Source of the DNA: an uncultured Methylomirabilota bacterium
GTDB taxonomy: Bacteria > Methylomirabilota > Methylomirabilia > Methylomirabilales > 2-02-FULL-66-22
DNA length: 64,000 nucleotides
Direction of reading: 5' to 3'
Assembly (NCBI GenBank): GCA_963705305.1
Contig: OY970067.1
Span: forward strand, 320,001 to 384,000
The notes below the pieces were generated by a model. The model was not told where the DNA came from. It ran no database searches and saw only the letters and a list, made by a program, of their open reading frames with translations. The position numbers were made by a program, and so were the translations under genes. This document shows positions 1 to 9,765 of this stretch, piece by piece. Positions within the stretch are counted from its first letter, which is position 1. Each line of letters starts with the position of its first letter.

Positions 1-376
1 CGCCGCGGAACGGATCGTGCCGCAGCGCATCGAGCGGGGGAACGAGTTCTGGGTCGCGATGGGCAATGACCCGGCCAGCCTGGCGCGCTGGCCCGATGCG
101 CCCACCAGCATGCGGATCATGCAGCAATACCTGGATGCGGTGACGGTGCATCTCTATCCCCGGCTTCGCGATGTGCTGGGCGATCCCCAGGCCGGGAGAA
201 CGCCCCCCACGCCAGCGAATGCCATGATGCGGCTCACGGCGATGCTGGCTCGGGTCGACGCCGGCACGGAGGGGCTCTTGCACGACCTCGAACGCCGCCT
301 GCCGGGCAAGGAGATCTGGATCACCGAGTGGAATGCCCGCGGCGCGAATCCCGCTGCCCCGCCGGCGGCCCACTGA
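1..376 (+). pseudogene. Partial glycoside-hydrolase-like (clan GH-A) CDS; runs in from the window edge and appears C-terminally truncated
   Basis: DAVTVHLY and EIWITEWN resemble strand-6/nucleophile motifs of GH-A enzymes; the ORF stops ~13 aa after WITEWN. Confidence 0.5.
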
Positions 377-450
377 AATACCCTCTCTTCCCTGGTCGTA
401 CGAAGGTGCCGGGGGGCTGGCCGTCATGCTGGCTCAAGAGGTCTTTCGGC

Positions 451-1782
451 TCACGGTGAGGAGGAGGGGTTCTCCAGGCTGAACATTTCGGTCTCGTCGT
501 CATAGGAGAACAGTTCGGCGTAGCGCCCCCAGGTTATTACCGCCCGCAGCGTCTCCTGTGCGGCGCCCTCCGTGAGGGAGTCCTCCAGTTCTGGCTCAAA
601 CCGCACGAGGGGCGCTCGGTGGCCGGGCCGCTCATCAAGGATATGTCGGATATGGGCTGCCAAGGGCACATTGCTTCGCAGACGCTCCACGAAGATGCGC
701 TTTCGGTTCTCCAGTTCGGACTCGGCGAAGATATGCCCGGTGGGGGTCAGGTGGATGTCCCCGACTGCGAGTTCCGCAAGACCCAACAATTGCAGGGCCT
801 CTGCGATGGGGAACAAATCGTCGACCTCGAGCTGCAGCCTGCTGGCGATCTCCGGGAGGTCTGCCCGCCCATGGTAGGCCGGGGATGCCAGGAGCTCGAC
901 CAAGCCCGACATGCTGTTCGTCGAGACCAGTGGAATCCGATCGCCAATCGAGGGACCGACCGGTTTGCCCTTTTCTTCATGCGCAGGGACTTTTCGCGCG
1001 GTCATGCGGGCGTAGATGTCGTCGACCATGCTGCGGAAGCCCGGGCCGAAGCGGTCGCGCGGCTGGGGCAGCGCGACCTGGATCTCCCCGACGACCCGCC
1101 CGGGATTGGAGGAAAACACCAGAATACGGTGGCACATCAGCACCGCTTCCTCGATATTGTGGGTCACCATCAGCACGGATTGGATGGGAAGCTTTCCGCC
1201 ATTCCATAGATCCAGGAACTCGGTCCGGAGGGTTTCCGCCGTCAACACATCCAGGGCCGAGAAGGGCTCATCCATGAGCAGGATGGCGGGATCGACCACG
1301 AGCGCCCGGGCGAAGCCCACGCGCTGCCGCATGCCCCCGGATAACTCACGCGGGTAGGCTGACTCGAAGCCGTCCAGGCCGATCAGGTCGATGGCCTCCA
1401 GCGCGCGGCGGCGCATTTCTTTCTCCGGCACCCCGAGCGCTTCCAGCCCGACTTCGACGTTTTCGAGCACCGTCAGCCACGGAAACAGCGCGAACGTCTG
1501 GAAGACCATCGCGACGCCCTCGCAAGGCCCCACGATCGGCCGCCCCTGATACGCGACCATTCCGCCGGTCGGCTTGATGAGCCCCGCCACGATGCGCAAC
1601 AGGGTCGACTTGCCCGAGCCCGAGCGACCGAGCAACCCCACGATCTCGCCCGCACGAAGGGCCAGGTCGACATCGGCGAGCACGACAATTTCGCCGGTCG
1701 ACGGCTTGGGAAAGGATTGGCGCACCTTCTCCACGGTGAGGAGCGTTCCGGCGAGCGCCCCGGTCTTCTCGATGATGGGCAT
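451..1782 (-). CDS. NitT/TauT-family ABC transporter ATP-binding protein with C-terminal AAA-associated domain
   Basis: Walker A GRSGSGKS, LSGGMRQRV signature, LLMDEPFSALD, C-terminal WGRYAELF motif. Confidence 0.93.
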   Translation of the reverse strand: MPIIEKTGALAGTLLTVEKVRQSFPKPSTGEIVVLADVDLALRAGEIVGLLGRSGSGKSTLLRIVAGLIKPTGGMVAYQGRPIVGPCEGVAMVFQTFALFPWLTVLENVEVGLEALGVPEKEMRRRALEAIDLIGLDGFESAYPRELSGGMRQRVGFARALVVDPAILLMDEPFSALDVLTAETLRTEFLDLWNGGKLPIQSVLMVTHNIEEAVLMCHRILVFSSNPGRVVGEIQVALPQPRDRFGPGFRSMVDDIYARMTARKVPAHEEKGKPVGPSIGDRIPLVSTNSMSGLVELLASPAYHGRADLPEIASRLQLEVDDLFPIAEALQLLGLAELAVGDIHLTPTGHIFAESELENRKRIFVERLRSNVPLAAHIRHILDERPGHRAPLVRFEPELEDSLTEGAAQETLRAVITWGRYAELFSYDDETEMFSLENPSSSP

Positions 1783-1801
1783 GCTGAAAGCCCCCCTCGG
1801 A

Positions 1802-3529
1802 TCAATCCAGGCGCAGGCGGCGCTCGGAGAGACGGTACAGCGGCCGCCACACCACGCAGTTGAACAGCATCACGAAGATGGCCAGCACGACAATGCCGAG
1901 GGCGATGCGCGGATAGTCGCCCGCTTCGGTCATTTGCGCAATGAAGGCCCCCACGCCGTGCGCCGTGAGGGTGGTGTCCCCCCACTTGACATATTCGGAC
2001 ACGATACTCGCGTTCCAGGCCCCGCCGGAGGCTGTGATCGCGCCCGTGACGAAATACGGGAAGATGCCGGGCAGGATGACCGCGCGCCACCACTGCCAGC
2101 CCCGCATGCGGAAGTTGCTGGCCGCCTCCTTCAGATCGGTGGGGAACGCTGAGGCGCCGGCGATGACATTGAAGAGAATGTACCACTGCGTCCCCAGGAT
2201 CATCAGCGGGCTGACCCAGACATCGACATTCAGCCGGAAGTGGACAATCAGCACCACGGCGACCGGAAACAGCAGATTGGCGGGAAAGGCCGCCAGGAAC
2301 TGGGCCAGCGGCTGGATCTTCTCCGCCCACCGGGGACGCAGGCCGATCAGCACCCCCAGCGGCACCCAGACCAGGCTGGCCAAGAGGATCAGGATCGCTA
2401 CTCGCAGCATGGTGATCGCGCTGAGCAGGAGCACTTTGCCCAGGTCGGCCCCGGACAATGTGGTGCTGAGGTATGCCGCCACGCTCCACGCGCAGTAGGC
2501 CGCCCCGGCCGCCACGATCGCGTACCACACCGTGTCGATCAAGCGCGTCGGCACCGGCATGGCGATCCGCATTCCCTTGACCGGCAGACGGAACCGCAGC
2601 GAGAAGCGGAAGGCCCTGCGAATGGGGGCAGCCGCCAGCCGCAGGACCCTGGCGCGCCGGATCACGTCGAGGGCCCACGACTCGGGGACCGATTGCGCCC
2701 CGGTCTGCTCGACCCGAAATTTATCGGACCAGGCCACCAGCGGACGGAACATCGCCTGATCGTAGAGCACGATCACCCCCGTCATGGCCAGGATGGCCCA
2801 ACCGACCGCCCCGAGGTCCTTCTCCTGGATGGCCCGAGCGACGTAGGAGCCGATGCCGGGCAGGGTGATCTGCTTGTCCCCGACGGTAATGGCCTCCGAC
2901 GCGACGACAAAAAACCAGGCGCCAGACATCGACATCATCATATTCCACACGAGGCCCGGCAGGGAGAACGGCACCTCCAGGCGCCAGAACCGCTGCCAGG
3001 TCGAGACCTGAAACCCGCGACACGCTTCATCCAGGTCGTGGGGCATGGTGCGGAGGGACTGATAGAAGCTGAATGCCATGTTCCACGCCTGGCTCGTGAA
3101 GATGGCGAAGACTGCCGCGAGTTCCGCCCCCAGCACTTTGCCGGGGAAAAGGGACATGAAGAACACGACGGTGAAGGAAATGTAGCCGAGGATCGGCACC
3201 GACTGGAGGACATCGAGGATCGGAATCAGCACCAGCTCGGCCCGGCGGCTCTTGGCTGCCACGGTCGCATAGCTGAACGTGAAGACCAGCGACGCGACCA
3301 ATCCCGCCAGCATGCGCAACACGGTCCGCAGCGCGTATCCGGGCAGGTTGCTTGGGCCCAGGGAGACGGCTGCTTCTTGCACGACCTCCAGGGGGGCTGC
3401 CATTTGCCGGACCCCGATGAACGCCAGGGCCAAGCTTCCGAGAACCAGTGGCACCGCCACCATGTCCCATCGATTCGGCCACAGCGCCCGCGTCCTGCCC
3501 CCGAGGGAAAGATGGGCATGATCGCTCAT
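1802..3529 (-). CDS. NitT/TauT-family ABC transporter permease (duplicated TM domain)
   Basis: Two permease repeats with EAA-like loops (DLDEACRGF; DLKEAASNF); start placed at MSDHAH. Confidence 0.9.
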   Translation of the reverse strand: MSDHAHLSLGGRTRALWPNRWDMVAVPLVLGSLALAFIGVRQMAAPLEVVQEAAVSLGPSNLPGYALRTVLRMLAGLVASLVFTFSYATVAAKSRRAELVLIPILDVLQSVPILGYISFTVVFFMSLFPGKVLGAELAAVFAIFTSQAWNMAFSFYQSLRTMPHDLDEACRGFQVSTWQRFWRLEVPFSLPGLVWNMMMSMSGAWFFVVASEAITVGDKQITLPGIGSYVARAIQEKDLGAVGWAILAMTGVIVLYDQAMFRPLVAWSDKFRVEQTGAQSVPESWALDVIRRARVLRLAAAPIRRAFRFSLRFRLPVKGMRIAMPVPTRLIDTVWYAIVAAGAAYCAWSVAAYLSTTLSGADLGKVLLLSAITMLRVAILILLASLVWVPLGVLIGLRPRWAEKIQPLAQFLAAFPANLLFPVAVVLIVHFRLNVDVWVSPLMILGTQWYILFNVIAGASAFPTDLKEAASNFRMRGWQWWRAVILPGIFPYFVTGAITASGGAWNASIVSEYVKWGDTTLTAHGVGAFIAQMTEAGDYPRIALGIVVLAIFVMLFNCVVWRPLYRLSERRLRLD

Positions 3530-3737
3530 TTCACAACGTCCAGCCCCCGAACCCGCCTCGTGAATTCGGGTGACATTACGGTACCCCACGGCCGTTCATC
3601 CATGGAACCGCGGCCTGTCATCGATGTTCCTTTCGCGGCCGCGTTCACCGGCCCTCGCGAGCGTAGCGGCTGTGACGCGCGCGCGGGTCCGGTGCAACGC
3701 TTGGTCGGAGGCCCATTTTGCAGCATTCCTAGCGGGC

Positions 3738-4907
3738 TCACCCCACCATCGACCCAAAGATCAGGCCCAACACGTACGTGATGAGGGCCTCCCCCAAGCC
3801 GACGAGGGTCATCTCGGCGCCGCTGCGCCACGGACTCAAGCCGGTCACCACCGTCTTGGCCGCGCCGATCACGAAGTGGGCCACGGTGCTGATCACAAAC
3901 GAGGCAATGATCGCGCGATACCCGTAGGTGAAGAAGAACGGCACGATCGGGATGAAGGCGCCCACCGCCGTCGAGAGCGACGCCGACCAGGCGGCCGTCC
4001 ACGGATTGGGATAGGATTGCGCCGACAGGCCCAGCTCTTCACTCGCCAGCGTCTTGAGCGCGGAGTCCGGCTGCGTCATCAAGCGCGCGGCCAGCGTCTT
4101 CGCCTCATCCGGCGGCACCCCTTTGAGCTGGTAGAACAGCGCGAGCTCTTCCTGCTCCTCTTCCGGGTGCTGCTCCAGCTCCTGTCGCTCCCGACGCAGT
4201 TCCGCCTCGTTCACTTCGCGCTCGGCTTTGGTGGCGAGATACGCCCCGGATCCCATCGACAACGCGGAGGCCAGCATCCCGGCGAGTCCGGCGAGCAGCA
4301 CCGCGGGGCCGCCCGCGGTGGCACCCGCCACGCCCGAGACAATGCCAAACACCGAGCCGAGCCCATCGTTCGCCCCGTAGATGGCCTGCCCGATCCAGCC
4401 GCCGCCCCGCCGGTGCCAGCTCTCGCGATGCAGGATCGCATCCAGCATCGCCTGGGGCCCAAGCGGGACGCTCGAGGCTGGGGCGCTGATCTTTTGCATC
4501 GTGCCGCTATGTACCTTCTCGTCGTGCACGACGGCCTGAATTGCCGCGCGATCGGCGTCGCTCGGGGCCACTTGCGCCAGAGATTCGTACATCTGCGTAT
4601 CATCGTCCTCGTTGCTCTCGATACGCTTCAGGGCGTTGTCGGTGCCACTCTGCACCACCGCCCACCGCCACACCCGCTCGCGCAGCGACTCCCGATCGCG
4701 CGGCAGCGGCGCGCCGAGCTCGCGCAGACGCACGGCCCACCGCTCGCCATGGCGCTGCTCGGTTTCAGCCAAGGCCAGCAACACATTGCGCCGGACCTCA
4801 TTCGATTCGCGTCGGGCTAGCGCCCGGTATATGCGCTGGCTGCCCTGCTCTTTCTGCCAGGCGCGTTGGAGGCCCCGGATGAATGTTGCTTGATCAGTGG
4901 CAGCCAT
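3738..4907 (-). CDS. Ferritin/rubrerythrin-like domain fused to VIT1/CCC1 metal transporter
   Basis: N-terminal ExxH motifs (EQRH, EKVH); VIT1 motifs YGANDGL and SMGSGAYL. Confidence 0.88.
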   Translation of the reverse strand: MAATDQATFIRGLQRAWQKEQGSQRIYRALARRESNEVRRNVLLALAETEQRHGERWAVRLRELGAPLPRDRESLRERVWRWAVVQSGTDNALKRIESNEDDDTQMYESLAQVAPSDADRAAIQAVVHDEKVHSGTMQKISAPASSVPLGPQAMLDAILHRESWHRRGGGWIGQAIYGANDGLGSVFGIVSGVAGATAGGPAVLLAGLAGMLASALSMGSGAYLATKAEREVNEAELRRERQELEQHPEEEQEELALFYQLKGVPPDEAKTLAARLMTQPDSALKTLASEELGLSAQSYPNPWTAAWSASLSTAVGAFIPIVPFFFTYGYRAIIASFVISTVAHFVIGAAKTVVTGLSPWRSGAEMTLVGLGEALITYVLGLIFGSMVG

Positions 4908-5326
4908 CGTAGTTTCCCCCTGTAGGTGCCTGCGCAATGGTTGCTATCACAACACAGGGCGGCATCGCCGGCCAGGTCGATTCATGCCATGCCCGGGTCC
5001 GACATCTATGAAACAGCCTTCGGGTCCCCACCTCCTTGGGAGAGTGCACATTGCCGCAGAGATTCGCGTATCCTTTCGCGGGCCGGTTTTGAAAAAATCC
5101 ACCCAGCGAATAAACCCTTCCGGCCGATCACGCGCAGGAGAGGCCAACGGTGGCGGAACCAAACCCGCAAGGGAAGCCGTCTTGAACCAGAGCGCTGGCC
5201 TACCGGCAAGCGGGATTGTATCCAAACCCTGGGGCCAAGGGAAGGGCCTTGCGGTCATACGTGACCCGGAGGCCAACGGGTCACTGGGGTGAGCCGGGAG
5301 ACGGCAGGGGCGACCCGAGCGACCGG

Positions 5327-5358
5327 AGTGCCGGGGGAGCGGACCCTCACTGGAGCGA
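5327..5358 (+). repeat. att-like junction J1
   Basis: AGTGCCGGGGGAGCGGACCCTCACTGGAGCGA; 27/32 ungapped identity to copies at 33641 and 56434. Confidence 0.8.
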
Positions 5359-5389
5359 AACACCCGTCCTCACCAGGCAGACGGCAGCA

Positions 5390-6110
5390 AACTGCCTGGC
5401 CGTCCTCGTAGGGGCGGGCGTCGTCCAGTACTGGCACGTGGCCCTCCTGGCGACCTGCTACGGCCTGGCCTTCACCCTCGATATGCCCACGCGGCAGGCG
5501 TTCGTCGTGGAGATGGCGAGCAAGGCGGACCTCCCGAACGCCATCGCCCTCAACTCCAGCATGGTGAGCGGCGCCCGGATGGTGGGCCCCGCCATCGCCG
5601 GCCTGCGCTACGCGGTCCACACCCCCCTCGTGGCCCTGCCCCTGAGCCTCCTCCTGACCCTGGGGCTCTTCGTCACCAACCACAACGTCCTGGTGCCCCT
5701 GCTGGCCCGGGACGTGCTCCACGCGGGGGCCCACGGCTTCGGCCCCCTCATGGCCGCCGTGGGCACGGGGGCCATCCTCGGGGCGCTGGCCCTGGCGACG
5801 CTGCTGACGGGCCGCCCGCCCTTCGCCCTGCTCCTGGGCACGGCCGGCGCTGCCGCGGGCCTCACGCTGGCGCTCGCGGGGATCCGCTCCTTCGGGGCGG
5901 CCCTGCTCGCCTTGACCGGGGTGGGGCTGGCGCAGATGGTGTTCGTGGCGGCCTGCAACACCACGCTCCAGCTGGTGGTCCCGGACCGCATGCGGGGCCG
6001 GGTCATGAGCCTCTACGCCTTCGTGTTCGTCGGCAGCACGCCCCTCGGGGCGCTCTTCGTGGGCACGACCGCGGACTGGGTCGGGGTCTCGGCCTGCTGG
6101 GGCGGCGGGG
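5390..6110 (+). pseudogene. MFS transporter remnant (5'-truncated, in-frame internal deletion, 3' decayed)
   Basis: DMPTRQAFVVEM, NAIALNS, PDRMRGRVMS motifs; no N-terminus; GPAIAG joined directly to LRY. Confidence 0.8.
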
Positions 6111-6318
6111 GTGGGCCGCGTCACCTGATCCCCTCGCCGAGCCGCCGTCGGGGGCCTGAGTGCTCGAGGGGAGTGCGATGCCCGGAGCCACGCGACTCGT
6201 GTGGGACACGCGAGCCGGGTGGGCCCCCATGGGCCGACCCGTCCATGGCAAATTCAGGGCTCAGACGGGCTGGTGTGACTGCCCGGAGGAGATCCGACGC
6301 CTTCTCGATTTGGCCGGG

Positions 6319-7041
6319 CTACGCACCGGAGGGCGCATCGATGCCGAGGTAGGCCGCCCGCACCTGCTGGTTGTTGACCAACTCGGCGCTCGTGCCGTCC
6401 ATGACCACCTTGCCGCTCTCGAGGACGTAGGCGCGCCGGACCAGGGTCAGCGCGCGGCTGGCGTTCTGCTCGACGAGCAGGATGGCCGTGCCCATGGAGT
6501 GGATCTTCTGGATCGCATCGAAGGTGGCATCGGTCACGACCGGGGCGAGCCCCAACGACGGCTCATCCAGCATCAGCAGCCGCGGCTTCAGCATGAGGCC
6601 GCGCCCGATCGCGAGCATCTGCTGCTCTCCGCCGCTCATCGTGCCCGCGACCTGGCTTCGGCGCTCGGCCAGCACGGGAAAGACGGAGAAGACCAGGTCC
6701 AGAGTGCGGCGCCGTTCCGCTTTGGCCCGCGGCGTGTACGCCCCCATCTCCAGATTCTCCTGGACGGTCATCTCGGTGAACACCTGGCGGCCCTCGGGCA
6801 CGTGGGCGATCCCCAGCTCGGGGACCTTGTAGGCCGGCAGGGAGTCGATACTCGCCCCCTCAAACGTGATGCGCCCCGACCGGAGGCGTATCAGCCCCGA
6901 GATTGCCCGCAGCGTGGTGCTCTTGCCGGCCCCGTTGGCGCCCAGCAGGCCGACCGCTTCCCCCTCGCCGATCGTGATGCTGATGTCGGCGAGCGCCGTC
7001 ACCGACCCGTAGCTCGCACTCACTCCAGACAGCGCTAGCAC
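6319..7041 (-). CDS. livF: Branched-chain amino acid ABC ATP-binding protein (LivF-like)
   Basis: GANGAGKST, VPEGRQVF, MSGGEQQMLA, LDEPSLGLAP. Confidence 0.93.
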   Translation of the reverse strand: MLALSGVSASYGSVTALADISITIGEGEAVGLLGANGAGKSTTLRAISGLIRLRSGRITFEGASIDSLPAYKVPELGIAHVPEGRQVFTEMTVQENLEMGAYTPRAKAERRRTLDLVFSVFPVLAERRSQVAGTMSGGEQQMLAIGRGLMLKPRLLMLDEPSLGLAPVVTDATFDAIQKIHSMGTAILLVEQNASRALTLVRRAYVLESGKVVMDGTSAELVNNQQVRAAYLGIDAPSGA

Positions 7042-7122
7042 CTGCGGCCTCCGGAAGCGACGCCACCCTGACGAAGGAGCGCGAGAGCGGCTCCGCCACG
7101 GCAGCCGCCCCGCCGCTCACAC

Positions 7123-7851
7123 TCAGGCATGCGAGTAATGGCTCCCCAGATAGGCGCTGATCACCGCGGGATCCGCGGCGATATCCCTGGGGCCGCCCTC
7201 GGCGATCTTCCGTCCGTGATCCAGGACGACGATATGCTGGGCGACGGCCATGACGGCGCGCATGACGTGCTCGACGATCACGATGGTCAGTCCCCGCCTC
7301 GAGAGCTGCCCCACCAGCGCGACAGCTTGGTCGGTCTCGGCCGGGTTCAGCCCGGCGATGACCTCGTCCAGCAGAAGGAGGCGGGGCTCTGTCGCCAGCG
7401 CCCGGGCCAGCTCCAGCCGCCGTTGGTCGATGGCGTTCAAGTCGCACGCCAGGCGGTCTTCCATGGCCGACAGCCCCACGAACTTGATCGCCTCGCGGGC
7501 CCGCCTGCGGGCCGCCTGCAGGTTCTTGTCGCGGAGCAGCGCGCCGGTGATCACGTTCGCCAGCACCGTCATCTTGCCGAACGGCCGGGCCACTTGGAAG
7601 GTGCGGGCGAGGCCGCGCACACACACGTCATACGGCCGCAGGCCCACCAGCTCGTGGCCAAAGGCCAGGATCGACCCCGCATCGGGGCGATAGTAGCCGG
7701 TAATGAGGTTGAAGCACGTGGTCTTGCCGGCCCCATTCGGCCCGATGAGGGCGACGGTTTGCCCTTCCCCCACCGAAAAGGAGAGGTCCTGGACGGCGCG
7801 CAAGCCGCCAAACCGCTTGCTGAGCCCATGAACCGCCAGCACCTCACCCAT
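7123..7851 (-). CDS. livG: Branched-chain amino acid ABC ATP-binding protein (LivG-like)
   Basis: KRFGGL, GPNGAGKTT, ARTFQ, IVEHVM, C-terminal AYLG. Confidence 0.93.
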   Translation of the reverse strand: MGEVLAVHGLSKRFGGLRAVQDLSFSVGEGQTVALIGPNGAGKTTCFNLITGYYRPDAGSILAFGHELVGLRPYDVCVRGLARTFQVARPFGKMTVLANVITGALLRDKNLQAARRRAREAIKFVGLSAMEDRLACDLNAIDQRRLELARALATEPRLLLLDEVIAGLNPAETDQAVALVGQLSRRGLTIVIVEHVMRAVMAVAQHIVVLDHGRKIAEGGPRDIAADPAVISAYLGSHYSHA

Positions 7852-8878
7852 CCAGCGGAGCCCCTTTCTGCGCGGCGGCCGTCGCGGCCCGGCTGCCGCC
7901 TGGGGCGGCCCCGACCAGGCGATCGTAGGCGCCGGTCAGGACTCCCAACAGCCCGGTGGGCCGCCACAGGATGACGGCCATCAGGATGATCGCGTAGAGC
8001 GTCAACTGCACGCCGCCATGAGCCCCGCCAAGCCAGCTCTGCATCAGAGCGGAGGTCGGCTCCAGCAGCACGGTGCCGATGACCGGCCCCCACAGCGTGC
8101 CAATCCCCCCGACGATCGCGACCAGCGCCGCCTCCACCGAGACGTTGAAGTTGAAGACGGTGTTCGGGTCGATGAAATAGATGTACTGCACGTAGAAGGT
8201 CCCGGCCAGGCCGGTGAGGAACGCGCTGATCAGGAAGATGTTCCGCTTGATCCGCGGGACGTTTACCCCCACGGCCTCCGCCGCATCCTGATCCTCCCCC
8301 AGGGCGACCAGGTAATAGCCCATCCAGGATCGCTCGACCCAGTGGGTGGTCCCCAGGGCCATCGCCAGCAGGGCAAGGGCAATGTAGTAATAGGCGGCCT
8401 TGGCGTCGAACTGCATCATCAAGGGGGAGTTGCCCAGGTTGGGAATGGTGGTGCCCTCGGCGCCCCAGGCGAAATCGCGGAATTTCAGGAACAGCAGCAT
8501 CAAGACTTCGGCCACCCCGATCGTGGCGATGGCGAAATAGGCGCCCCGCAGCCGGAAGCAGAGGATGCCGATCGGCAGGCTGGCCAGCATCGCCACCACG
8601 CCGCCGGCCACGATGCCGATCCAGGGGGACACGCCGTACCGGATGAGCAGGATGGTGGAGGTGTAGGCTCCGAGGCCGAAGAACGCCGCGTGCCCCAGGG
8701 ACAGCTGCTTGGCGTAACCGCCCAGCAGGTTCCAGGCCACCCCGATGAAGGAGAAGAGCAGCACCCGGATGAAGATGTCGACGGCGAAGGGGCTCGACAC
8801 GATCTGGGGCAGGAGGACGAGACCCAGCGCCGCCGCCGCGAGCCCCATCCCGGCCGCAGGACGCAGCCGACGCTTCAT
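7844..8878 (-). CDS. livM: Branched-chain amino acid ABC permease (LivM-like)
   Basis: WNLLGGYAKQLSLGHAAFFG, GAYFAIAT, VGGIGTLWGP; start at MKRRL. Confidence 0.92.
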   Translation of the reverse strand: MKRRLRPAAGMGLAAAALGLVLLPQIVSSPFAVDIFIRVLLFSFIGVAWNLLGGYAKQLSLGHAAFFGLGAYTSTILLIRYGVSPWIGIVAGGVVAMLASLPIGILCFRLRGAYFAIATIGVAEVLMLLFLKFRDFAWGAEGTTIPNLGNSPLMMQFDAKAAYYYIALALLAMALGTTHWVERSWMGYYLVALGEDQDAAEAVGVNVPRIKRNIFLISAFLTGLAGTFYVQYIYFIDPNTVFNFNVSVEAALVAIVGGIGTLWGPVIGTVLLEPTSALMQSWLGGAHGGVQLTLYAIILMAVILWRPTGLLGVLTGAYDRLVGAAPGGSRAATAAAQKGAPLDG

Positions 8879-9744
8879 GTGGTCCGTCCCTTGTAGAGGC
8901 CGCTGGGCCGGATGGCCAGGGTCAGGAGCAGCACCGCGAACACCACGATCAGCCCCGAGTCCGCCCCGACGAACTGAATGCCCAGCGACTCCGCCATCCC
9001 CATCATCAGGCTGGCGATCAGCGCGCCCTTGACGTTGCCCATCGTCCCCAGCACGACGGCCACGAACGCCAGGAGCACGAACACCTGCCCCACCGAGGGA
9101 TACACGGAGTAGAAGGGCATGATCAGCGAGCCGGCGGCGCCCGCCAATGCCAGCGACAGGCCCACGGCGATCTCGAACACATGATACGGATTGACGCCCA
9201 TCAGCATGGCCACGTCCGGGTTCTGTGCCGCGGCCCGCATGGCCTTCCCCAGATCGGTGGCGCGCAGGAAAACTTCCAGGGCGCCGCTCAGCAGCATGGC
9301 CAGCCCGAAGGCGATCAGCCGGGCCACCCCCACGTACACGGGTCCGATGCGTATGGCGGACTCCGTGAAGCTCGTGGTGACAGTCCGATAATCGGCGGTG
9401 AACAGCAGCAGCGCAAGGTTGATGAGCAGCAGCGACAGCGCAAAGGTGAGGAAGATCTGCGGCATGTCGCCGAGCCCCAGGACCCTCCGGATCAGGAATC
9501 GCTGCAGCAGCACGCCGACGACGAACAGCATCGGCATCGAGACCACCAACGACGCGATCGGGTCCAGCCCGATGCGGGAGGCCAGCCAGTAGCTGATGTA
9601 CATGCCGATCATCACGAACTCGCCCTGGGCGAAGTTGACGATCTTCACCACGCCGAAGATCAGCGTCACGCCGATGCTCACGAGGGCGTAGATCCCCCCG
9701 ATGAGCAGGCCGTTCACCAGGGCCTGAGCGACGACAGTTGCCAC
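8875..9744 (-). CDS. livH: Branched-chain amino acid ABC permease (LivH-like)
   Basis: GVTLIFGVVKIVNFAQGEF, GKAMRAAAQN, RPSGL. Confidence 0.93.
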   Translation of the reverse strand: MATVVAQALVNGLLIGGIYALVSIGVTLIFGVVKIVNFAQGEFVMIGMYISYWLASRIGLDPIASLVVSMPMLFVVGVLLQRFLIRRVLGLGDMPQIFLTFALSLLLINLALLLFTADYRTVTTSFTESAIRIGPVYVGVARLIAFGLAMLLSGALEVFLRATDLGKAMRAAAQNPDVAMLMGVNPYHVFEIAVGLSLALAGAAGSLIMPFYSVYPSVGQVFVLLAFVAVVLGTMGNVKGALIASLMMGMAESLGIQFVGADSGLIVVFAVLLLTLAIRPSGLYKGRTT

Positions 9745-9765
9745 GTACGATCCCTGTGCTAGCCG

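Noticed and set aside
5130..5326. GNRA-capped hairpins with fragments resembling cobalamin or M-box riboswitches
   Set aside because: Conserved elements are incomplete and out of order; better explained as decayed sequence leading into J1
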